Assembly (NCBI RefSeq): GCF_039555335.1
Contig: NC_092633.1
Location: 21,100,334-21,164,333 of the forward strand
Direction of reading: 5' to 3'
Source: Amphiura filiformis
Taxonomy: Eukaryota
DNA length: 64,000 nt
Made by a program: the position numbers and the translations under genes. This document shows, piece after piece, positions 12,845 to 24,660 of the stretch; within the stretch, counting starts at the first letter, position 1, and each line of letters opens with the position of its first letter. The notes beneath the pieces are model-generated. The model ran no database searches. It saw only the letters and a list, made by a program, of their open reading frames with translations, and had not been told where the DNA came from.

Positions 12845-12962
12845 ACGAACCTCTCTACAACCACCACCACATCACCACCTTCCAACACACCCCACACACA
12901 CCACACACACCCCCATCCCCACCCCCCCCACACACACACCCACACCCACCACATATTTCATA
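12845..12962. repeat. C/A-rich low-complexity patch (expanded version)
   Basis: ccaccaccacatcaccaccttccaacacaccccacacacaccacacacacccccatccccaccccccccacacacacacccacacccacc. The His/Pro/Thr-rich ORFs reported in the track here are translation artefacts of this patch. Confidence 0.7.
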
Positions 12963-13419
12963 CTACCACTCTTCTTTACCACGACTTTAAGTAACAACTT
13001 TAGTACTAGCATAGGCATTCCGTTCCCTGAACAACCGTGCGAAATGTCAACCTTCTCCCCCAAACACAAAATGCAAAGCTGAGACATTGCAGAGAACAAT
13101 GACATTGCTAAGAATTGTGTCCAGCTCTGATTGAAACACAATATCTAGCGTGTGAAGACACGATAAGAAGAAGAAAGTCAACAAACACAAAAACACAAGA
13201 CATTTTCTTATTCTTTGGTTTACACGAAAAGCAATAAGGAATCTTGTGTTGTAATGTTCACAAGGAATGTGGTCTAATAACAGGGATGAATAAGTTGACT
13301 AAGTTGAGGAAAAGAACACAAACTTGCTCATAAACAAGCAAAAAAACACCCAATGATCTTATCATCAGGCCATAAAATGGATTGATAGAGTAAATTAAGG
13401 TCAAGTTTCTTTCTATTTC

Positions 13420-14655
13420 AGTGTCATTATGCAAAAGCTTGTAAAATGATGATAAAAGTGACGCTTTCAGCGTTATTATGCAAAAGCTTACAAAGGTTAC
13501 AAAGTGATTCTAAAAGTAATGCTTTCAGGGTCATTATATAAAAGTTTACAAAGCGATGTTAAAAGTTATGCTTTCAGTGTAATTATGCAAATGGCTCCAA
13601 AGTGATGCTAAAATTATGCATTCAGTGTTATTATGCAAATGGTTACAACGAGATGCTAAAAGTGATGCTTTCAGTGTAATTATACAAACAAAGTGATGCT
13701 AAAGCTGATGCATTCAGTGTAAGGCTTACAACGTGATGCTAACAATGATGTTTCAGTGTCATTATTTAAACTTTGACAAAGTTATGCTGATGCTAAAAGT
13801 GATGCTTCCAGTGTCATTATGCAAATAGTTACAATGAGATGATACATTCGGTGTAATTATGCAATGGTTTACAACGTGATGCTTTCAGGGTCACTATATA
13901 AAAGGTTACAAAGTGATGCTAAAAGTGATGCTTTCACTGTAATTAGGCAAATAGTTACAAAGTGATACTAAAATGATGCTTTCAGTGTAACTATGCAAAG
14001 GTTTACAACGTGGTGTTAAAAATGATGTTTTCAGTGTCAATATTTGAAAGCTAAAAGTGATGCTTTCAGTGTCATTATGCAAAGGCTTACAACGTGATGC
14101 TAAGAATGATGTTATCAGTTTCATTATTTAAAAGCTTACAAAGTAATGCTGATGCTAAACCTAATGCTTCCAATGTCATTATGCAAATTGTTACAACTAG
14201 ATGCTAAAAATGATACATTCAACGTAATTATGCAAAGGCTTACAACGTGATGCCAAAAATTATGTTTCCAGTGTCATTATTTTAAAGCTTACAAAGTGAT
14301 GCTGATGCTAAAGGTGATGCTTCCAGTGTCACTATGCAAATGGTTACAAGCAGATGCTAAAGATGATACATTCAGTGTAATTATGCAAAGGTTTACAACG
14401 TGATGCTAAAAATGATGTTATCAGTTAACAGTTTCATTATTTAAAAGCTTTCAAAGTAATGATGATGCTAAACGTAATGCTTCCAATGTCATTATGCAAA
14501 TTGTTACAACTAGATGCTAAAAATGATACATTCAGTGTAATTATGCAAAGGTTTACAACGTGATGCTAAAATAATGTTTTCAGTTTCATTATTTAAAAGT
14601 TTACAAAGTAATGCTGATGCTAAACGTAATGCTTCCAATGTCATTATGCAAATTG
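13420..14655 (+). repeat. 49-bp satellite array (copy 2, part a), interrupted at its 3' end by a MITE
   Basis: Same unit as 2310-2950. The MITE 14659-15237 sits inside a repeat unit. Confidence 0.9.
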
Positions 14656-14658
14656 TTA

Positions 14659-15237
14659 GGGAGGACAGTTTTTATGGTCTACTTAGCTCAGCAATTCTTT
14701 GCGTCTTCGATAGCGCATTGTATCGGAGAGGTACCTGGCTTTTATCAAAGCCCAAAACCATAAAAGCATGTAGCCAACTCTGTCAGGCTCCGCTCAATTG
14801 TCCACCCCGCTCCGATACGACACGTTGACCAAATATCAATCGAATCTATTTTACGACCCTGCTTGAATTAACCCCTTGAAACCTAATTGCACCACTTTTA
14901 ATTTTTATGTATTGGTCAGGCACAAACAAAATTAAACTTACACACATTATTGACTTTCTATTGACCACAAAACACGACCCCAGACATGCTTATTTAATGA
15001 CCACTTGAGTAGTTGATTTAAGTGGGTCGTTATGTACTTACTGAACACAAAGGAAATTGATTATGGTTTTACCATCGACCGTGTTTATAATCCTGCTGCT
15101 CTGCTGAACGCTCCGATAGATATCAGCAAACCCGTATACTATTCGCTTGTTCCTATCGAACGCTCTAGCGTACATGAACCATTATTGAAGACAGCAAAGC
15201 ATTGCTGAGCTAAGTAGACCATAAAAACTGTCCTCCC
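14659..15237. mobile_element. PIF/Harbinger-like MITE (579 bp) inserted into the 49-bp satellite
   Basis: Perfect 37-bp TIR gggaggacagtttttatggtctacttagctcagcaat. It is flanked by TTA at 14656-58 and 15238-40. The satellite unit reads through uninterrupted if the element plus one TTA is removed (tgcaaattgTTAcaactagatg). Confidence 0.7.
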
Positions 15238-15240
15238 TTA

Positions 15241-15790
15241 CAACTAGATGATAAAAATGATACAGTCAGTGTAATTATGCAAAGGTTTACAAGTGATGCT
15301 AAAATAATGTTTTCAGTGTCATTGTTTGAAAGCTTACAAAGTGCGGCTAAAGGGATGCTTTCAGCATTGTTATGCAAAAGCTTACAAATGGGTTAAGTGG
15401 TGCTAAAAGTGATGCTTTCAGTGTCACAGTGCAAAGGCTTACAACGTGGTGCTAAAAATGAAGTTTCAGTGTCATTATTTAAAAGCTTACAAAGTAATGC
15501 TGATGCTAAACGTAATGCTTCCAATGTCATTATGCACATTGTTACAACTAGATGCTAAAAATGATACATTCAGTGTAATTATGCAAAGGTTTACAAAGTG
15601 ATGCTAAAAATGATGTTTTCAGTGGCATTGTTTTAAAGCTAAAAGTAATGCTTCCCGTGTCACTATGCAAACGGTTACAAAGTGATGCTGATCAAATTGA
15701 TGCTGAAAGTGCTACTTTCAGTGCAAAGTGATGCTTAAAGTGATGCTTTTAGTGTCATTGTGTAAAGGCTTACAAAAATTGACACCAAAA
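15241..15790 (+). repeat. 49-bp satellite array (copy 2, part b)
   Basis: The array continues after the MITE. It ends in a truncated copy of the array 3' flank (15790-15895, cttacaaaaattgacaccaaaaatagtcatgtgctgacaggtgccaatg). Confidence 0.85.
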
Positions 15791-15895
15791 ATAGTCATGT
15801 GCTGACAGGTGCCAATGAAACTGTAAGTCCGCTTTTTCACGCCTCGCCGAATATTGCCAAGTTAGACTACTAAGGCGGTATTCTTCCATTTTCAA

Positions 15896-16240
15896 GAACA
15901 AAGGTTACAAAATGATGCTAAAAGTGATGCTTTCAGCGTCATTATGCACAAGATTAAAAATTGATGTTAAAAATGGTGTTTTCTTTGTAATTGTGCAAAG
16001 GCTTATATACTAATTTTCAGTGTCATTATGCAAAAGCATACATATTGATGATAAAAGTGCAACTTTCAGTGTAATTATGCAAAAAGCTGGCAAAGTATTG
16101 CTAAAACTGATGCTTTCAGTGTCATTATGCAAAAGCTTACAAAGTGATGCTAAAAGTGATGCTTTCAGTGTCATTATGCAAAAGCTTACAAAGTGATGTT
16201 AAAAGTGATGTTTTCAGTGTCAATATATAAAGGCTTACAC
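15896..16240 (+). repeat. 49-bp satellite array (copy 2, part c), followed by the complete 3' flank
   Basis: A second array block follows the internal flank copy. This implies an internal array-plus-flank duplication in copy 2. Confidence 0.85.
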
Positions 16241-17726
16241 AAATTGATACCACAAGTCATCATGAGCTGACAGGTGTTAATGAAATAGTAAGCTCGCAAC
16301 CTCATACAAAGATCAAAAGGCAATAATACATGTATGATTGAATATTTTAGTGCAAGCAACCGTTCAAATTTCCTTGTCGTGTCTCGCCGAATATTGCCAT
16401 TAGACTCATATAAGGCGATATTCTTACAGGAGTTCAATTCAACGTTTATTTTCCTTAATGTCTGTAAAATACTTCACCATTTTTTGTGATTAATAACAAG
16501 CAGTACAAATAATACTTCATTTGGAAGCACTGTCTGAATTGACAAGGACAAGGACGAAAATTTAACGTTACGCTGCCTTAATGATTCCCCATACAAGGAT
16601 GCGGTCAGTAGCCCGATATAGTTTTCTTTCTCTTTGACCTTGGAAAACGGCTCAAGCTACATGCGTTATATAAAAAACGATATTAAATAACCGTGATAAT
16701 GTTAATTATAATTTTAAGTATAAACATGTTTAGTGAAAGGGTTACGATTTTACCTTAACGACTCTTTTTAGATTTTTTTTATTTTTATTTTTTATTTGAA
16801 CTGTATACTTCTTGAAGATGTTTTATTTATTTTATATTTTACCGCCTCTTTTCCACGTGTGTGGATTTATTATTTAAGGTTTTTTTAAAAGGGTTTCATT
16901 TTTGCCCAACACAAAATAGCCATTGCGTTATTTTAAATCCACCGGGGCCAATAGTCCATGGTGCTTAACCAATATTTTGAATGGATCAACATCATATAAC
17001 GTTGTGTATACATCATGCTTTCAGCTTCCTACTGCTCCGACGTATGTCTGTATTTTTACAGCAAAGTCTCGGATTAAATTCAGTTAAAAATAACATACCT
17101 ACAATATGCACTTCTCGTGTGTTTTGTTTCGTTATGTTATTTTGTATATTCCTCCATACTCTTGGAGCTACTCAGCCCCAGGAATGCATCTGATCAATAT
17201 TTTAAACCTCATTTGTTAGTATCCACTGAGAAGGCCTCCGGACATGCCTTAAGCATGCAAGCAAACTTACAAGTGGTTTTCAAAGTAACTAATAATACTC
17301 TGTATACAATAAATTATGTAGTTTCTGTTCAAGTTAAAACAAAGTCGACACTCAGACATTCCCCACACATGTCGCTTTTTTAATACGTGCTAACGAAGTA
17401 ATCCCTACAATGAATCAGCTAAGCACTGTATTTTCAAAATCCTAAGTTCTCTAAGGCGGTCATAAGAAAAAATACGTACAAAGGGAGACGCGATCCCAAC
17501 GACGGACGGAGCCTGTCAGTTTTCTTCATATTTTGTCGACATTACTGAAATGAAAATGGTTTAAGAGCATTCCCCTAATTTATCAACCATTTTTAAGCAA
17601 TCGCAATGCAATGATCCGTGCCGGATCTCAGACATTAATATGACCATCCTACTACAACCCTGGACATGTCAACATTTTTGTATAATTTAAACATAACTGT
17701 GAATTACCAACAATAAATAACCTTAA

Positions 17727-18270
17727 GGGATCTGGAATGAGCGTTTTGAGCGTTTCGACAATATTTTTGTGGGACATGAGAGCACATCAGACATATCGAA
17801 TTGCATTCTGAATACGAAGAATGTCTTTCTGATATCAATTTTTTTTTTTTGAAATTCACGATATAAAACAAATTTTATGACAAATTATTAAATTTGATAT
17901 TTTTCACATTTTTGATATACATGTATAACAGTCCTCGAAGTAAATTTTATAAATCTAATGATATATTCTTAAAGTGTATGTAGCTAGGAGGTAAAGCCGA
18001 CGATCAATTGAAAATTTTGACCTTTCATCCCACCTACATACACTTTAAGTATAAATCATCAGATTTATAAAGTTTACTTCGAGTGCTGTTTCAACAAAAA
18101 TATCAATTTTCAATCATTTGCCATAAAATGTGTATTACATTGCGAATTTCAAAAAATCAAAATTATTTGATATCAGAAGGACATTCTTCGTATTCAGAAT
18201 GCAATTCGATATGTCTGATGTGCTCTAATGTCCCACAATAAATACTGTCTAAACGTTCATACCCCACCCC
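17727..18270. mobile_element. TTAA-flanked palindromic MITE (544 bp) with ~70-bp perfect subterminal inverted repeats and GGG...CCC termini
   Basis: TTAA at 17723-26 and 18271-74. 17762-17830 is the reverse complement of 18170-18237. The empty paralogous site at ~7388 (gcttTAAAtggcaccaaat) has a single TTAA. Confidence 0.7.
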
Positions 18271-19023
18271 TTAAGAATGGCACCAAATTTGCAGTTTTGT
18301 ACCATAAAACCTATAGTATATTTATGAGGATATGCTACAATTTGCTAAGGGTTTTTTAAGTGGTAATGTAATTTCAATTCTGAGGAATAAAGCAATACAT
18401 TTCTCCAATTACGCAGTCCTGAATAGGGATTAACAAAAGTCAAGATTCAATTGTGTGCTTTGTATTCACATGAGTATGACAAACCATTAACTCTAGATAT
18501 TCAATTACAAATATTTTACCTTATGATATGGTCGGTTCTTTTATCTTAAATTGTCTTCATCACAAAATTAGGCCTGCCTGCATCGCAATAAGTGAATTAT
18601 TTACTAATCCTTAATCATTATTGGTTTAAGAAACACAGACCAAACACATATAAATCTTATAAGAAAACCCTGAGAAATACAAGAAATATATACTAACTGT
18701 TTTGAATAGTAGATAAGACGAAAATAAACCAAGATTTGAGTTGTCATTGTGTTTCAATGCTCATTTATAAAGTCATAGTTGATAAGTCTGAAGTTGCACC
18801 TGTTCGTTACAAATTCGCGTAGAATTGTGTACAATAAACCCTTTGCTATTGTGCACACATCAAAGAAAAAGGTTCTGTGCAACTTTTTTTTTATCTTTCC
18901 ACAGAGCACACAAGGTGCCCTGTGTATTTATTTATCAAACATGATCTCAGTTATACATAGTTATAAAAGCCACAATTATACAGAATAATAACAATAATAT
19001 TACATTGATGAAAGTAACTGTTA

Positions 19024-19713
19024 TTACATATTTATAGAGTTCCATCTTTTATTCCATTCATACATTTTACCTTTATTGTTTGCAATGTGTTTTTCAGTCT
19101 CGGCGACAGTATTAAGCATACCTTTAAAACCTTGTATGTCCAGCTTATTTTTATTACATCTTGCATTATAAATAAACTTTTTCCCCTGAAGAACAACAAA
19201 ATTATAATGACAATAATCAACATCTAATATGCCCAACAGAACATCCTTCATGGTAAGAGTAACTCTTTTTTTAAAGATATTATCTTGAACCTTCTTCCAA
19301 AATTGAGCAGAAGTACCACATTGCCAAAATAAATGTGGGATATTTTCTAACTCCTGATTACAAAAAGTACAAAGATTTGAATCAACATAACCATATTTAA
19401 ATAGATTTTCATTTATACCTATAATTCTATGCAGAATTTTGAATTGAAAATACCTAAGTTTGGTTGATAGGGAGGAAGACAAGGAAATCCTGTAAATATC
19501 GTTCCAATTTAAATTCATATCATCAAAAAAGACAGCCCATTTGGCCTCGGCTTTGGGCGCAGTTAAACAACTTGTCAACGCAAATTTTGTGAACCAATTT
19601 GCAGACCTTCTTAGAGGAACAGATAAGAGCAAGCATATCATCATGATCATTCTGAACAGTTCCCAAGTCTTCCCCCCTCTCGACACTTCTGATCCATACA
19701 TTTGGAATGGCAT
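19024..19713 (-). pseudogene. L1-like ORF2 C-terminal region with Cys-rich motif and stop codon (copy B)
   Basis: ORF ends 19024. The ~130-bp 3'UTR then runs to the poly(A) at 18892. Confidence 0.7.
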
Positions 19714-21009
19714 AGATTAGAGCAAAATATTCCAGAAAGTTACATTGTAAATTATACTTGGTCTTCAAGATATCAAGGGGAAGAAAACTATCATCTTCAT
19801 TTAAAATATCAGAAATAAATTTAATACCTTTCTCATGCCAGACTTTTTTGTAAACAGTGTTTTGGGCGATAACAATAGATGAATTATTCCATAATATTTG
19901 ATGTCTAAAATGACTTGAAGGAGAATCATAAGTAATTGTACACCAAGCGTTGAGAATTTCACCAATAAACACATTCTTAATAAGCTTAATACATTTCTCC
20001 TCTGGTTTAGTGTTAAAAAAACAAAAAAGATTACCACCAATCTGTTTCATATAAAACATATAAAAACATTTCCATTTACCATTGTTGTTCACATCCAAGA
20101 GACGTTTAACCCAAGCCACTTTAAGCCCATTAATAACTGAGGGAATGTGAACCATCTTGAGGCCCCCTTTCTCATAGTCACCAATGATGGACTTTCTGCT
20201 GAGCTTATCTGGTTTTCCTGACCAAATAAATTTAAATATTATCGAGTCAACCTCCTTCAAAAAATTATCAGGTGGTTTAGGTAAAACAGAAAACAGAAAA
20301 ATTAATTGAGAAAGACCCAAGGATTTAACAATTGTAATTTTACCAATTGGACTTAAATCTCTCATCGACCAAATTCGCAAGATTTCCTTGAGTTTTTTGG
20401 AACGAAATTTAATTCAAAAATATTGCTCAGATCAGAACTAAAAACTACACCCAAAAGACGAACAGGATTGGCAGTAAAATGTAAATCATCATTGTTTAAA
20501 TCAGGAGGATTATCCTTAAACAAACCTAAAGGGAGTAACTCAGATTTATCCAAGTTAATTTTCAAGCCAGAATAAATTTGGAAAGTCTCAAGAATGTGAA
20601 CAACTCTGTGAAGGAGCCAACATCCTTTAAGTAAATAGTGGTATCATCCGCATAAGCACTAATAATAATTTCAGTATTCTCAACCATGATACCTTTAACA
20701 CTATTATCATTTCTGATGGCCAAATTCAAAATCTCACTACTAATTATATAAAGCAGCGGACTAAGTGGACAACCTTGACGAAGTCCACAAAACAATTAAA
20801 AAAATCAGAAGCATGTCCATTGTTCATAACACACGAGGTAATATCTGTATAGAAAACTTTCACCCAATTAATCAAATCATCACCAAAATTAAACAATTTT
20901 AATGCCCTAAACACAAAGGACCATTCAAGTTTGTCGAATGCCTTTTCAAAATCAATTAAAAACATAATACCAACAAAATTATTTTCTGTGCAACCTGATC
21001 ATTGGGTTT

Positions 21010-22714
21010 GAAGTACCACATTGCCAAAATAAATGTGGGATATTTTCTAACTCCTGATTACAAAAAGTACAAAGATTTGAATCAACATAACCATATTTAA
21101 ATAGATTTTCATTTATACCTATAATTCTATGCAGAATTTTGAATTGAAAATACCTAAGTTTGGTTGATAGGGAGGAAGACAAGGGAATCCTGTAAATATC
21201 GTTCCAATTTAAATTCATATCATCAAAAAAGACAGCCCATTTGGCCTCGGCTTTGGGCGTCTTAAACAACTTGTCAACGCAAATTTTGTGAACCAATTTG
21301 CAGACCTTCTTAGAGGAACAGATAAGAGCAAGCATATCATCATGATCATTCTGAACAGTTCCCAAGTCTTCCCCCCTCTCGACACTTCTGATCCATACAT
21401 TTGGAATGGCATAGATTAGAGCAAAATATTCCAGAAAGTTACATTGTAAATTATACTTGGTCTTCAAGATATCAAGGGGAAGAAAACTATCATCTTCATT
21501 TAAAATATCAGAAATAAATTTAATACCTTTCTCATGCCAGACTTTTTTGTAAACAGTGTTTTGGGCGATAACAATAGATGAATTATTCCATAATATTTGA
21601 TGTCTAAAATGACTTGAAGGAGAATCATAAGTAATTGTACACCAAGCGTTGAGAATTTCACCAATAAACACATTCTTAATATTAAAGCTTAATACATTTC
21701 TCCTCTGGTTTAGGGTTACATTCCCAAAAAAGATTACCACCAATCTGTTTCATATAAAACATATAAAAACATTTCCATTTACCATTGTTGTTCACATCCA
21801 AGAGACGTTTAACCCAAGCCACTTTAAGCCCATTAATAACTGAGGGAATGTGAACCATCTTGAGGCCCCCTTTCTCATAGTCACCAATGATGGACTTTCT
21901 GCTGAGCTTATCTGGTTTTCCTGACCAAATAAATTTAAATATTATCGAGTCAACCTCCTTCAAAAAATTATCAGGTGGTTTAGGTAAAACAGAAAACAGA
22001 AAAATTAATTGAGAAAGACCCAAGGATTTAACAATTGTAATTTTACCAATTGGACTTAAATCTCTCATCGACCAAATTCGCAAGATTTCCTTGAGTTTTT
22101 TGGAACGAAATTTAATTCAAAAATATTGCTCAGATCAGAACTAAAAACTACACCCAAAAGACGAACAGGATTGGCAGTAAAATGTAAATCATCATTGTTT
22201 AAATCAGGAGGATTATCCTTAAACAAACCTAAAGGGAGTAACTCAGATTTATCCAAGTTAATTTTCAAGCCAGAATAAATTTGGAAAGTCTCAAGAATGT
22301 GAACAACTCTGTGAAGGGAGCCAACATCCTTTAAGTAAATAGTGGTATCATCCGCATAAGCACTAATAATAATTTCAGTATTCTCAACCATGATACCTTT
22401 AACACTATTATCATTTCTGATGGCCAAATTCAAAATCTCACTACTAATTATATAAAGCAGCGGACTAAGTGGACAACCTTGACGAAGTCCACAAAACAAT
22501 TTTAAAAAATCAGAAGCATGTCCATTGTTCATAACACACGAGGTAATATCTGTATAGAAAACTTTCACCCAATTAATCAAATCATCACCAAAATTAAACA
22601 ATTTTAATGCCCTAAACACAAAGGACCATTCAAGTTTGTCGAATGCCTTTTCAAAATCAATTAAAAACATAATACCAACAAAATTATTTTCTGTGCAACC
22701 TGACCATTGGGTTT
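21010..22714 (-). repeat. Tandem duplicate of 19309-21009 (LINE 5' part plus TSD plus 15 bp of upstream flank)
   Basis: The junction at 20983-21011 reads ttctgtgcaacctgatcattgggttt|gaagtaccac. That is the TSD plus flank joined to internal LINE sequence (= 19309), with a 2-bp 'ga' microhomology. The two units are near-identical. Confidence 0.7.
22065..22670 (-). pseudogene. L1-like ORF2 reverse-transcriptase fragment (copy A)
   Basis: 201-aa ORF with FIDFEKAFD, RQGCPLSPLLY and YADDTTIY. The equivalent region in copy B (20362-20965) is broken into three frames by homopolymer indels. Confidence 0.8.
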
Positions 22715-22759
22715 GACGTGGACTTCATTCCAAATGCTCCAAGCTGGAGTAAAATAATA

Positions 22760-23220
22760 TATCGCCGTGGATAAGACAATGCAGACATAAACATGGTTTA
22801 TGTTCAAGATCAACAGGTTAACATCAACATAAATAATGCTACAAACTAAAAGCTAGATAAGTTGAAAGACTTCAAATATTATGGAGCAATGGATGGATAG
22901 TACAGATCATGATGTCAAACATATAAGACAGCAGCTTGGCGAGCATGAAACAACTTAAGCAAGATCTGGAAGTCTGCTTGACCTACCAAAGAAAACCTGC
23001 GTGTCTTCAGTACAACAGTGGCGTCTGTGTTAATGGATGTTAAGCCAGGACCACGAATCCAAAACTATCCAAGATCTGGATGCCTCTTACTATGAATGCC
23101 TAGAAATAACAATAACATGATAACGTACACGGGAAACAGCACATAAGTAGCAAAGAGCTGCACGGAGACCTTCCAAACCTCTCTGAAGATCCGAGCAAGA
23201 ACTACACTAGAACTGGCTAG
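22760..23220 (+). pseudogene. Decayed 3' end of a CR1/L2-type LINE ORF2 (older element into which the L1 and a MITE inserted)
   Basis: Homologous to 29513-29900, with stops and frameshifts. The LINE-tail homology continues at 23886-24100, after the MITE 23222-23885. Confidence 0.5.
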
Positions 23221-23221
23221 T

Positions 23222-23885
23222 CCGTACTTTAAATAAGTTGTATTTTGGGTTTTGGTTTAGGTAAAAACGTTTTAATAACATTAAAATGTCGGGTTATTAT
23301 AAAGGTCATGAAATCGTTTTAACACGTTTTGTATGAAAACACACTACAACAATATTTTTAAAATGTTTTTGAAATGTCATTGTAAACTATTTTTGCAAAC
23401 AATTTTAGCCAAATATTTTGTCAACACTTGAATAACATTATGTTAAAATATGTGCACCCAGCAAACACAGAAATGTTCTTAAAATGTTTTTTACAAAACG
23501 TTTTAATAACATTTAAATGTCGGGTTAAAGGTCGTGAAAACATTTTAAAAACGTTATTGTAAATATGTTGGGCAAACATTTTTTGCAAAATATTTTTCAA
23601 CCCCAAAATAACATTCTGTTTAGAATGATTTGTACCAAGTTTTCAAAAATGTTTTTGGAATGTTATTAAAACGTTTTTATACCCTTTATATAACCCGACA
23701 TTTAAATGTTTTCTGTAAAACATTTTTGTTTGCTGTGCAGTAAATTACCAACAAATGTTATTTAATGTTATGAAAATGTTTTATACCATTAATGTAGCCT
23801 TTATATAACCCGACATTTAAACGTTTTCTGACAACCTTTTGCGAATGATGTCGAAAACGTTTTGTGTTTGCTGGGTTCCAGCCGG
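23222..23885. mobile_element. MITE with internal palindromes, lacking its 5' TIR, inserted in a LINE tail
   Basis: Homologous to 62560-63360. The 3' TIR aaaacgttttgtgtttgctggg ends at 23885. Internal inverted repeats of the type ataacccgacattt / aaatgtcgggttat. Confidence 0.6.
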
Positions 23886-24109
23886 TACTGGTCACGACAC
23901 TGGGTACATGGCTAGAACTACACGTTTTGCTGTACACTGCTTCAGGAGTAAGAGCGAAGATGTCGACAAATGTAACTGATCAACTGGACACCCAGGCATG
24001 GAGGCAGAAATCCTGGTAGACCATTGTGGACCGCCTAATAACTATGTATATGAGTTCAGCATTCAATCATTCGTTATACGGCCAATTTCTGCTGACAATA
24101 ATTTGTTAA

Positions 24110-24660
24110 GTTACACCATTTTCTCATGCTAGGCGTAAATTAATTTAACACGTTCTTGTATAAATAATGTTTCAACGAATTTTTTTTATTGTCGGTAACA
24201 TTGGGTGACATTTCCGCCGCTGTATTACAGATCAAGTTTCATTTAATGACGACTAAAAACCAAATAACCTGTGATCCTATTCTTTCATGTTCAAGTAGTA
24301 AAAGGCGCTTTGATATTTTGATAGGTTACACCTCAGGCTTGAATTAAGCACTTTTGAAGAAAAACCGCTACTCTGTTTCAATTAGGTACTATATTTATAC
24401 ATATTGGGGTGTTCAAAAACTTCTTACATAACACTTATGTCACATTGACCTCATCGTTATCGTCTCATCAAGTACCAAGTGAGTGTATGGGTGTATTGAG
24501 TTTAAATGTTTTCGACGGACAAGATGGTCAATATTCAGATACATAAAGAGAGAGTTTAGCTTATATGTCAATAATTACGTACATGTTATACTTTACTACA
24601 CCTTGCTTTTTTGCCAATACCATTTAGTGTGTATGAGATGATAAGAACACTTTTATGTAA
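24110..24660 (+). repeat. About 570-bp dispersed repeat (copy 2 of 3)
   Basis: See 8590-9160. Confidence 0.6.

Larger units (their letters stand above)
18884..22688 (-). mobile_element. 5'-truncated L1-clade non-LTR retrotransposon (RT plus Cys-rich C-terminus, short 3'UTR, poly(A)), carrying an internal 1.7-kb tandem duplication
   Basis: RT motifs FLIDFEKAFDK, RQGCPLSPLLY and SAYADDT. C-terminal CxxC..H....C motif (CTFCNQELENIPHLFWQC). Poly(A) on the minus strand at 18884-18892. 11-bp TSD ttctgtgcaac at 18873-18883 and 22689-22699. Confidence 0.8.

Noticed and set aside
12764-13141. His/Pro/Thr-rich ORFs (three overlapping frames) and a minus-strand Val/Gly/Cys-rich ORF
   Set aside because: All are translations of the C/A-rich low-complexity patch 12845-12962. 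The same patch without ORFs is present in the other macro-repeat copies.
2310-16240. The regular 49-bp direct repeats could superficially be read as a CRISPR-like array
   Set aside because: Units are contiguous with no unique spacers. They are AT-rich and degenerate like a satellite. The surrounding sequence is clearly eukaryotic (LINEs with APE/RT, MITEs, a poly(A)-tailed retroposon). No cas genes or prokaryotic gene density are present.
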